A stretch of DNA of 64,000 bases from NCBI GenBank assembly GCA_019358945.1, contig JAHHIE010000027.1, positions 2,994 through 66,993 on the forward strand, read 5' to 3'. A model generated the notes under the pieces. The model was not told the origin of the DNA. It saw only the letters and a list, made by a program, of their open reading frames with translations, and made no database searches. Shown here in pieces: positions 1 through 8,013 of this stretch; the first letter of the stretch is position 1, and every line of letters begins with the position of its first letter. Source of the DNA: Stenomitos rutilans HA7619-LM2. GTDB taxonomy: Bacteria > Cyanobacteriota > Cyanobacteriia > Leptolyngbyales > Leptolyngbyaceae. The translations under genes were made by a program, and so were the position numbers.

Positions 1-1401
1 CCACCCGCTTCAGAGCTAGAACACCAGGTGTTTCGGCAGAAGATAGCCTTTCTCAATCGGTATCCGCATGAATTGTCCGGCGGACAGATGCAACGTGTGA
101 TGATTGCAATGGCGATCGCCTGTGACCCTGCTCTCTTGATAGCAGACGAACCGACAACAGCGCTAGATGTCACCGTTCAAGCAACCATTCTGGATCTCCT
201 GCGAGACTTGCGCGATCGCCGGGGCATGTCCATGATGTTCATCACCCATGACTTGGGCTTGATTGCTGAAATTGCCGACACCGTTGCCGTCATGTATCAA
301 GGCAAAATTGTCGAAGCAGGTCCCGTGCTGGACATTTACGCCAATCCCCAACATCCCTATACCAAAGGGCTGTTGACCTGCCGACCCCGACCCGATCGTC
401 GCCTGCATCTACTGCCCACCGTATCGGACTTTATGCAGGTCAGCACCTCTCCATCGGGCGAACTGCTGATTGAAGAACGCGAAACCAATGTTGATCGTAC
501 CCTCGAACTTGCCCGCGAAGTCAGCCCAGAAGAACTGGAGCAGCGCTTGGCAACCCTGCATCAGGCAGCGCCCTTACTCTCCGTGCAAAACCTGCGTGTC
601 ACCTTTCCCGTTCGCGGCATGTTTGGACAAACCAAACGCTACTTTATGGCAGTCAACGATGTATCGTTCGAGGTCTATCCGGGTGAAACGCTGGGACTGG
701 TAGGCGAGTCTGGCTGTGGCAAATCCACGTTGGCACGCACCATTTTGCAACTGATCAAACCCGCCAGTGGTTCTGTACGCTTCGAAAATCAAGAAGTCAC
801 CACGCTCTTACCCAACGAGATGCGACGGTTGCGGCGCGAGATGCAAATCATTTTCCAAAATCCCTTTGGCTCGCTGGATTCGCGCATGACGGTGGGCAAA
901 GCCGTGATGGAACCCATGCAAATCCACGCCAAGCCCAGAGAACGGCAGGAACAGCGGCAACGCGCCGTCTACTTATTAGAACGAGTGGGCTTGAGTGCCG
1001 ATGCCATGAACCGCTATCCTCACGAGTTTTCCGGCGGACAACGCCAGCGGATCTGCATTGCCCGATCGCTCGCCCTCAACCCCAAATTTATCATCTGCGA
1101 CGAATCCGTTTCAGCACTGGATGTCTCGGTGCAAGCGCAAGTCCTCAACCTGCTCAAAGAACTCCAAAGCGAATTTAACCTCACCTACATCTTCATCTCC
1201 CACGATCTGAGCGTCGTGAAGTTCATGAGCGATCGCATTATGGTGATGAACAAAGGCGCGATCGAAGAAATCGGTCCCTCCGAAAGCATCTACCGCGCAC
1301 CGCAAACAGCATACACGCGCCAACTCATTTCAGCCATTCCTGTCAGCAGTTTGGAGAGAATTCGCGATCGTCAAGCCGATCGTGGTCTCTCAGTCGGATA
1401 A
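1..1401 (+). CDS. Oligopeptide/dipeptide-type ABC transporter ATP-binding protein with two fused NBDs (5' truncated by window edge)
   Basis: Frame open from base 1. [16 protein letters not shown], then a second NBD with [16 protein letters not shown] and DESVSALD; HPYT motif. Confidence 0.92.
   Translation, partial: PPASELEHQVFRQKIAFLNRYPHELSGGQMQRVMIAMAIACDPALLIADEPTTALDVTVQATILDLLRDLRDRRGMSMMFITHDLGLIAEIADTVAVMYQGKIVEAGPVLDIYANPQHPYTKGLLTCRPRPDRRLHLLPTVSDFMQVSTSPSGELLIEERETNVDRTLELAREVSPEELEQRLATLHQAAPLLSVQNLRVTFPVRGMFGQTKRYFMAVNDVSFEVYPGETLGLVGESGCGKSTLARTILQLIKPASGSVRFENQEVTTLLPNEMRRLRREMQIIFQNPFGSLDSRMTVGKAVMEPMQIHAKPRERQEQRQRAVYLLERVGLSADAMNRYPHEFSGGQRQRICIARSLALNPKFIICDESVSALDVSVQAQVLNLLKELQSEFNLTYIFISHDLSVVKFMSDRIMVMNKGAIEEIGPSESIYRAPQTAYTRQLISAIPVSSLERIRDRQADRGLSVG
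212..219. repeat. HIP1 octamer GCGATCGC (example site; recurs throughout the window)
   Basis: Palindrome seen repeatedly in coding and intergenic DNA; not seen in the AT-rich segments 1982-2800 and 8014-9700. Confidence 0.95.
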
Positions 1402-1446
1402 GTAATCCTTCGCACTCAAGGCATTTGATGTAATCAGTGCTTTCCT

Positions 1447-1722
1447 ATGAAATTCGAGTGGAACCCATATAAAGCAGAATCAAACGCTAAAAAGCATGGG
1501 GTTAAATTTGAAGAAGCATCTACGGTATTCAACGATTCGTTATCTGTCACCTTTCCCGATCCAGATCATTCAGTGGGAGAGAATCGCTACGTTATCATCG
1601 GTGTATCAAGGTTCGGACAGCTTCTAATCGTTGCCCATACCGATCGAGGCGAAAAAGTACGAATCACTAGCGCTCGCAAAGCCAATCGTCAGGAGAGAAG
1701 GTTTTATGAACGGAGAAATTAA
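1447..1722 (+). CDS. brnT: BrnT-family type II toxin
   Basis: MKFEWNPYKAESNAKKHGVKFEEASTVFND...HSVGENRY...ITSARKA pattern; overlaps downstream partner gene. Confidence 0.9.
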   Translation: MKFEWNPYKAESNAKKHGVKFEEASTVFNDSLSVTFPDPDHSVGENRYVIIGVSRFGQLLIVAHTDRGEKVRITSARKANRQERRFYERRN

Positions 1723-1948
1723 TGCCGAAATGGACGATGAATTGCGTCCTGAATATGACTTTTCTCAGATGGAAGGCGGAGTCAGAGGCAAGTACGTTGA
1801 GCGTTACCGGGCAGGTACAAACCTGGTGCTTCTCGATCATGATGTTGCTCAAGCGTTTCCAACTGAGGACGCTGTAAACGAAGCATTGCGGTTGCTAATG
1901 CAAATTGCCCAACGGCAGACAGCCAATAATCCGGTTGGAGTGGAATGA
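1706..1948 (+). CDS. Putative BrnA-like antitoxin
   Basis: ATG 1706 overlaps the brnT 3' end; DELRPEYDFS...VRGKY...LDHDVAQAFP..EAVNEALRLL is typical of BrnT partners. Confidence 0.75.
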   Translation: MNGEINAEMDDELRPEYDFSQMEGGVRGKYVERYRAGTNLVLLDHDVAQAFPTEDAVNEALRLLMQIAQRQTANNPVGVE

Positions 1949-1999
1949 AGAAAGTCTATCTATTTCATTGTCTCTTGCTGCTTGAGGGCAGTAACCCTA

Positions 2000-2800
2000 A
2001 TGAAAAATAAGGATAAATTAGAACAAGACTTTTTAGAATTAAGTGTCGATGGAGCAGATATTGCAATTGACCTGTTGACTGAAAGTGAGCTTCTTAGAGA
2101 TATACCAGTTGCAGGCTTAATTTATAAGCTTGGCAAAACTTTAAGCTCAATCCCAGATGTGATTTTCTTGCATAAAGTTGGGGAATTCATCAAAACAATT
2201 AATGAGAAAACAACAGAGAATCAGAGAGTCGCTTTTACTGAAGAACTTAAAAAAGATAAGGAAAAAAGAGATAAGCTCTATAATACTATCTTCCTAAAAA
2301 TTGACAAATTTGATGACCTGTATAAATCTAATTTGTTTGCAAAAATATTTTCCTGCTTCATCACAAACAAAATAAGAAAAGAAGAATTCAGCGCTCTTTC
2401 ATCTGCTCTTAACTCGGCACCTATTGAAGAGCTGAAGACCTTCTCTACGTCCTACTGAAAGGACAGAAATCGTTTCATTAGAAATACATACGGATCATCC
2501 AATAAAAATTATGGAAGCCTTTTATCAACTTGCTTGGTTGCCATTGATCTTAATAGTAGGAATCAAAGCCTGAATCGAGGCCTGAGAAGCCTGATGCTTT
2601 ATGATTTAGATTTTATGATTACAGAATTAGGCTGTTTGTATGCTTATGTTGCGGAAGATTTTGAAGCTTACTTCTCTCTTGTAAAAGAACTAGAAGGAGT
2701 TGATCAAAGAAACAAGAATAAAATGTATGTGTTTGAAAAGCCTTCTTCTTGCGAAAAGCTTAGGTTAGAGGTTCAGCAAAAATTTCCGCCAAACAAATAG
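2000..2800 (+). pseudogene. AT-rich hypothetical gene interrupted by one in-frame TGA (2456-2458)
   Basis: ORFs 1982-2458 and 2534-2800 share a frame; the 25 codons between them (KDRNRFIRNTYGSSNKNYGSLLSTC) are stop-free. About 32% GC in a sampled 60-nt line. Confidence 0.7.
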
Positions 2801-3043
2801 CTGTATACTGCACGCTCTAAATAATTCTTTAAAGCGAACTACTTAAAGTCACTGCTGGAGGGACAAAAGTTATTGACAATCGTTAGCTAGGAACATTAGT
2901 ACGATCGCTCCTCTTCAAAATCCAATCAAGCACCACGAAACTCGACAGAGGCTCTGAAATGAGCGACTGTCCTTCAGCTAAAATCAAAGGATGAAATCAT
3001 AACGAGTTCAAGCAAACGGACGTTGCTAGAGGATAAGAGGCAC

Positions 3044-3253
3044 ATGGAAAATCGTGAGCAACTAATTCAAGAAATCGAACAGGCTCCTGATGATTTAGTA
3101 CAACCAGTGCTGGATTTTTTACATCGGCTGAAAGCTGTACGCCAAAATCATCCGCTTGCAAAGTTTGCAGGCATTTTGAGTGACGCAGAGGCGGAAGAGC
3201 TACAGCGAACCATTGCAACCGACTGCCGACAGGTCGATGTGAATGAGTGGTGA
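3044..3253 (+). CDS. Putative antitoxin (DUF2281-like) upstream of PIN toxin
   Basis: MENREQLIQEIEQAPDDLVQPVLDFLHRLK; overlaps the vapC start. Confidence 0.7.
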   Translation: MENREQLIQEIEQAPDDLVQPVLDFLHRLKAVRQNHPLAKFAGILSDAEAEELQRTIATDCRQVDVNEW

Positions 3254-3632
3254 AATTGCACTGGATACGTCTGCCGCCGTTCGTTTCTTGAATGGAGATA
3301 TAGCTATCGCCGCAAGAGTTCTGGCTTTGCCGGAAATAATACTACCGATAGTCGTTGTCGGAGAATTGCTGTTTGGAGCCGAAAACTCGACACGTCCGCT
3401 GCAGAATTTGCCACGCTATCTAGAGTTTTTAGAAGCTTGTGTTGCAGTGCCTTTAGGGAAGGAAACAGCAGTCGCTTATGCTCAAACTCGGTTGATGTTG
3501 AAGCGCAAAGGGCGACCCATCCCAATGAACGATGTATGGATTGCTGCTCAGTGCCTAGAACATCGCTGGGTGCTGGTCACAGATGATACAGACTTTGATT
3601 ATGTGGATGGACTGGTTTTGGAGCACTGGTAG
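3243..3632 (+). CDS. vapC: VapC PIN-domain toxin
   Basis: LDTS, GELLFG, NDVWIAA and TDDTDF acidic PIN residues. Confidence 0.9.
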   Translation: MSGEIALDTSAAVRFLNGDIAIAARVLALPEIILPIVVVGELLFGAENSTRPLQNLPRYLEFLEACVAVPLGKETAVAYAQTRLMLKRKGRPIPMNDVWIAAQCLEHRWVLVTDDTDFDYVDGLVLEHW

Positions 3633-3825
3633 CACGATCGCCCCTCTCCCAAATTTTCTAGAGCATCGCAAAACCCAACACATGCTCTGAAGTGGGCGAT
3701 CGACCACCGTATCTCTTGTTGCCCTAATCAATAGCCTTCGTACACGCCGTGACGAAATTAGTCGTAAAGTGCTGCTATAAGTAGGGTCATTGCATACTTA
3801 ACAGCGTCGATCGAAATTAAGCTCT

Positions 3826-4197
3826 ATGTCTACCTTGATGGTTCAACTGTTGCTCATTGGTTTGGCTGCTGGCATTGCTGGTGGCATGTTTGGCATCGGG
3901 GGTGGCGCGATTATGGTGCCTGCAATGGTGCTGCTGTTGGGAATGGATCAGAAGTTTGCGACCGGAACCTCGATCGCGGCTCAAATTCTGCCGATCGGTC
4001 TTCTCGGTGCTGTTGTGTACTACAAAGAAGGCAACCTCAGCATTCGAGATGCCCTTTTCATTGCCGCAGGTCTGTTTGTCGGCTTTTTGTTTGGCGCGAT
4101 CTTTGCCAATCAACCGTTTATCACCAGCACTTTAATGAAAAAGCTCTACGGCATTTTTCTGTTCGTCATTGGCGCGCGGTATCTCTTTTTTCGATAA
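3826..4197 (+). CDS. Half-size TauE/SafE (TSUP) family membrane protein
   Basis: GIAGGMFGIGGGAIMVP and ATGTS motifs; about 4 TM helices, 123 aa. Confidence 0.82.
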   Translation: MSTLMVQLLLIGLAAGIAGGMFGIGGGAIMVPAMVLLLGMDQKFATGTSIAAQILPIGLLGAVVYYKEGNLSIRDALFIAAGLFVGFLFGAIFANQPFITSTLMKKLYGIFLFVIGARYLFFR

Positions 4198-4201
4198 GAA
4201 A

Positions 4202-4642
4202 TCAGTCCAAAATGGATGTAACTTGGTGCCCAAACGCTTCTATGAGTGCTTGCATACATCCTGTGCCGCCGTAAGGTGAACTGTAGGAGCTAAACTCCAA
4301 ACGTGCTATCTGGTGCGAAAGGCGGCGGCGACCCAGTAACTCGTACTCGCCATTCTCAAACGCCTCAATCATAGAACCAAAATCCCACGGCGTTTTAAGC
4401 GCTAAATCGTTCCATCGTTGCTCAACAGGTGTCGCAAACCATCGTTGCGCTCAATCCTGCTGTTCCGCTTCAGTTGGGTGCCAGAAATGAGATTGTGCTT
4501 CTGCGTCAAAGAATGCCAGCCAGTAATCATCAGGCGGAAACGTATTTGTACGCTTTGCTTCACATAAGGCTAAAATCACTGCTTCGAGCTGTCTAAACTG
4601 CGCCTCGTTCCCGATCGCAAATTCAACAAAAAAGCTGTTCAT
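4202..4642 (-). pseudogene. Hypothetical gene interrupted by one in-frame TGA (4451-4453)
   Basis: After the ORF-track stop the same frame continues 82 codons (AQRWFATPVEQRWNDLALKTPWDFGSMIEAFENGEYELL...PYGGTGCMQALIEAFGHQVTSILD) to TGA at 4202-4204. Confidence 0.72.
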
Positions 4643-4662
4643 TGCTTTTAGACGTTGAAGAA

Positions 4663-5190
4663 CTAGCCTGTGACAATCCGCTGGTATTCGCGTTCGGTGA
4701 TCATGTCCTGGGTGCTTTCCAGGCGATCGACGAAGACGATGCCATTCAGATGGTCGAGTTCATGCTGGAAAATACGCGCTACAAAGTCAGTCAGTTCTTG
4801 TTTGTGCCGTCTGCCGTTGCGGTCTGTGTATGCAACTTCGATCGCCTGGTAACGAGGGACGTGGCCCCGAATGCCCGGAATGCTGAGGCACCCTTCCCAG
4901 CCTTTGACAGTTTCATCAGAGTGAGCCAGAATGCTTGGATTAATCATCGCAGTCGGCTCCATCGTTGGCGCGTTGGGATAGCGTAAATTAGGACGCGATG
5001 CCACGATAAAGAGGCGATCGGACTGGGCCACTTGCGGTGCGGCAATGCCAACCCCATTTGCCTCTTTAACCGTTACCAGTAAATTGTCAATCAGGGTTTG
5101 AATGCGATCGGACTGCACATCCTCTACGAACTGCGCCGTCTGGCGCAAGATGAGATTCCCTAACTCAATCACTTCAAGCAATTCAGGCAT
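4663..5190 (-). CDS. def: Peptide deformylase
   Basis: GVGIAAPQ, EGCLS and HELDH motifs; likely start MPELLEV at 5190. Confidence 0.95.
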   Translation of the reverse strand: MPELLEVIELGNLILRQTAQFVEDVQSDRIQTLIDNLLVTVKEANGVGIAAPQVAQSDRLFIVASRPNLRYPNAPTMEPTAMINPSILAHSDETVKGWEGCLSIPGIRGHVPRYQAIEVAYTDRNGRRHKQELTDFVARIFQHELDHLNGIVFVDRLESTQDMITEREYQRIVTG

Positions 5191-5674
5191 ATAAGGACAC
5201 GCTAAATAGACATCTTTAATATAGGCGTGCAACAGGCGGTAGAGCAATTTTTCCCCGCCTGTCCCTACCTGTACTGGCACGAGAGGTTGTTCCCCTCAAT
5301 TGGTTAAGGTGGAGAGGCGCAAGCCTCCCGTAAGGCCATAAAATTGCGCGTTAACGCCGCTCTAACGGTTAGGCAGCGCCGAGAAATTCAAAGCCGCTAC
5401 AATCAAGACCACACCCCAAGGCTCAGCTAGACCGAGAGATTCATCCCAGTTGCCAAACGATTCGCAACTGGGTGCATCGTGAGCGCGCGCGTGATCGGAT
5501 CAGTGCGCCTCAGCCCCCATCGGGTAGTCAGTGCTACCTCTAAGCCAGCCGTCGTGCATTACCACCAGCGGCCTCCCGACCAGAACCCGCTGTGGATGGC
5601 TTCTGCACTCAAGCCCCAGTCTTCTCAAGCCAACCGAGACATGGTGCTCCGGCTGCTCCAATACGCAAAGTTGA

Positions 5675-6074
5675 CGAGTGCGTCCACAACGAGTGGCAGA
5701 AGACAAAGCCTATACAGGGCGACGGATTCGCCGCTACTTGCAGCGACGAGGCATTGGAGCCGTCATTCCCCGTTTGATACCGATTTAAAGAATGACGGCT
5801 ACAGATCAATCGGTGGGTAGGGGCAAGGCATTGCCTTGCCCCTACAGGATGTGTCGCATTTTCAATTCAAATCGATATGAGCAATGAACCGCGTCGAGGT
5901 ACACGCGCTTTGACAGTCAAGCTTATCAGCAGCGCAACCGCATTGAACGCACCTTCAATTGGTTGAAGCAGTTTCGTCGCATTGCCACTCGCGATGAGAA
6001 ACGAGGCGAGAATTAGCTTGCCATGCTCACCCTTGCTGCCATACTTCTTTGGCTTTAGGTTTTAAAGCACACCC
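5675..6074 (+). mobile_element. IS5-family transposase C-terminal relic with right end, disrupted by a MITE, a frameshift and a stop
   Basis: RVRPQRVAEDKAYTGRRIRRYLQRRGIGAVIPR, then FDSQAYQQRNRIERTFNWLKQFRRIATRDEKRGEN*LAMLTLAAILLWL*; terminal TTTAAAGCACACCC followed by TA. Confidence 0.85.
5778..5877 (+). mobile_element. 100-bp MITE with 3-bp target duplication (TGA) and internal GTAG hairpin
   Basis: TGA at 5775-5777 and 5878-5880; imperfect TIRs TACCGATTT / TATCGATTT; palindrome GTAGGGGCAAGGCA-T-TGCCTTGCCCCTAC at 5817-5845; near-identical copy at 49206-49305. Confidence 0.88.
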
Positions 6075-6096
6075 TAACCCCTAACCCCTTCTCCCC

Positions 6097-7047
6097 ATGT
6101 CCTTCACTCTTTTCCTTCAAAACATCCTCAACGGCCTGTCGATCGGCAGTGTCTACGCCATCTTCGCCCTGGGCTACACGCTCGTCTTCTCCATCCTGGG
6201 GATTATCAACTTTGCTCATGGGGCCATCTTTACGCTGGGTGCCTATTTCACCTACGTGTTGATCGGCGGCGCGTTTGGGTTTAATGGCTTGCTAGCTAAT
6301 GCGATGTTGCCGATGAAGATGCCGTTTTGGGCAGCGATCGTCCTTAGTGGTATCCTCTCCGGCCTTGTCAGCGTACTGGTGGAACGGCTGGCCTTTCGAC
6401 CGTTGCGACAGAGAAGAGCCGATCCATTGCTAACTGTGGTATCTAGCCTGGGGGTGGCATTTGTGATTGTCAACCTGATTCAGTATCTCGTCGGTGCCGA
6501 AAGCTATACCTTTCCCGCTGATACCTATGGCACCTTACCGCCTGCGATTAACTTCGGTACCGCAGACAACCCGATTCCCATTCGCAGTGTGCAGATTGTG
6601 ATCTTTGCCGTCTCAGCCGTCATTTTGACGCTTCTCACGTACCTGATTAATGCCACTAAGTACGGCAAGGCGATGCGAGCTGTGGCAGAAGACGCGACTA
6701 CTGCGAGCCTGTTGGGGATTGATACCGATCGCTTCATCGTCCTGACCTTCTTTGTCAGCGGCTTTCTGGGCAGTCTGGCAGGCACCCTCGTTGGCTCCAG
6801 CGTCAGCATTGCTGGCCCTTACTTTGGCATTGGCTTTGGGTTAAAAGGGTTGGCAGTGATCGTGCTGGGTGGGCTGGGCAGCATTCCCGGTGCAGTGGTG
6901 GGAGGGCTGGTCATTGGACTCATCGAAGCGTTTGTGCCAGGAGAATTTTCTGCTTATAAAGATGCCGTTGCCTTTGGGCTGTTGTTCATCATGCTCATGG
7001 TGCGCCCACAGGGCTTACTGGGACGATCGTTCGTGCAAAAGGTTTAG
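6097..7047 (+). CDS. livH: Branched-chain/neutral amino acid ABC transporter permease (LivH/NatD type)
   Basis: NGLSIGSVYAIFALGYTLVFSILGIINFAHG and GKAMRAVAED motifs. Confidence 0.9.
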   Translation: MSFTLFLQNILNGLSIGSVYAIFALGYTLVFSILGIINFAHGAIFTLGAYFTYVLIGGAFGFNGLLANAMLPMKMPFWAAIVLSGILSGLVSVLVERLAFRPLRQRRADPLLTVVSSLGVAFVIVNLIQYLVGAESYTFPADTYGTLPPAINFGTADNPIPIRSVQIVIFAVSAVILTLLTYLINATKYGKAMRAVAEDATTASLLGIDTDRFIVLTFFVSGFLGSLAGTLVGSSVSIAGPYFGIGFGLKGLAVIVLGGLGSIPGAVVGGLVIGLIEAFVPGEFSAYKDAVAFGLLFIMLMVRPQGLLGRSFVQKV

Positions 7048-7078
7048 GATGTGCAGAGCATTGAGGTTGCGTCTCTGA

Positions 7079-7293
7079 AACTTGCTGAAGAGCGATCGAG
7101 ACTCGTCAGTGAGAAGCCAAGACTCGTCCGAGAGTCGTCAACACTTGTGGGTGAGTATCAAAGACTCGTCCGAGAGTGATCAACACTTGTGAGTGAGTAG
7201 TAAAGACTCGTGGGAGAGCGATCAACACTCGTTAGCGAGTAGTAAAGACTCGTCGGAGAGCAGTAAAGACTCGTCAGTGAGTATCGAAGACTC
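7079..7293. repeat. Degenerate 21-bp tandem array (~10 units), consensus [G/C]ACT[C/T]GTNNNNGAGNNNNNAA
   Basis: Units start at 7100, 7121, 7142, 7163, 7184, 7205, 7226, 7247, 7268 and 7289 (e.g. GACTCGTCCGAGAGTGATCAA, CACTTGTGAGTGAGTAGTAAA). Confidence 0.92.
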
Positions 7294-7356
7294 AAGCCGA
7301 TCGTGGTTTTGATTGCGGCTGCAACGCGATCGCTCACCAGCGAAACTTAATACACC

Positions 7357-7833
7357 TCAAGCAGCAGTTGTTTCCTTTGGCGCTTTTGTCCGCATCGCTT
7401 TGAAGCGTTCACCCAACTGCTCTGCGATCACTTTCAGTCCGGGAGTCTTTTTTGCTGCCGTCTTCACGTAGTCATACACCGTCAGGCTGCTGCTCATTGC
7501 CTCACTGCTGACAGCGATCAGCGTATCGTCTACCTTTTCAGTCAACTGCTGCAACCCCAAATGGATATCGCTCAGGGTCGCCGCAAGCTGATAGTCACTC
7601 GCAAACTCATCCACATCAAAACTGGCAGGCAGAATGCCACGATTAGACTGAGCAGCGGTGAGGCTATTGCTGACGAAGGCAAGACTTTTGTTGCCCATCT
7701 TGAACAGTTTGCGACGCTCTTCGACGGTGAGGTTCACTAGAAAAGGGAGCTTGGCTTCAATGGTGGCAAGGGCATCTTTGATGTCCTGCACATCAGTTTC
7801 AGTGAGCTTCGCAGAAATGTTTTGGTACGGCAT
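7357..7833 (-). CDS. Hypothetical all-alpha protein (158 aa) immediately upstream of the 21-bp array
   Basis: Clean ATG-start ORF with amphipathic helical pattern (LPFLVNLTVEERRKLFKMG...ILPASFDVDEF...YDYVKTAAKKTPGL); no known motif recognised. Confidence 0.8.
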   Translation of the reverse strand: MPYQNISAKLTETDVQDIKDALATIEAKLPFLVNLTVEERRKLFKMGNKSLAFVSNSLTAAQSNRGILPASFDVDEFASDYQLAATLSDIHLGLQQLTEKVDDTLIAVSSEAMSSSLTVYDYVKTAAKKTPGLKVIAEQLGERFKAMRTKAPKETTAA

Positions 7834-8013
7834 AGGGTCGATACTCCTGTCGTTAAGTAAGGGTCATTGCTCTAGAAGAAGAATTCCCTTGAATGGGGGC
7901 GATCGCGCATCTCTCTTATCTTTTCATTGATTTAGTCTTCTTGGCATCAACTCCTCTAGCATTTCCGTGCTATATCTCTTTCCCTTCGGCTACAGTATGA
8001 AACAACCTACTAG

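Noticed and set aside
2456-4453. Selenocysteine or genetic-code reassignment explaining the in-frame TGAs
   Set aside because: Contexts are Trp-like, not Cys-like; no convincing SECIS; intact genes in the window use TGA as a normal stop.
5191-5280. N-terminal extension of peptide deformylase
   Set aside because: The Def fold starts at MPELLEVIELG; the upstream codons look like a relic of another gene.
5479-5820. 113-aa ORF spanning the IS relic
   Set aside because: Crosses unrelated segments (relic, IS, MITE); transposase similarity is in a different frame.
7079-7293. CRISPR or TIGR-type guide array
   Set aside because: Period is 21 bp with no unique 26-72 nt spacers or ~9-nt dual spacers, and no cas or Nop-domain gene was recognised nearby. 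Kept only as an unexplained array.
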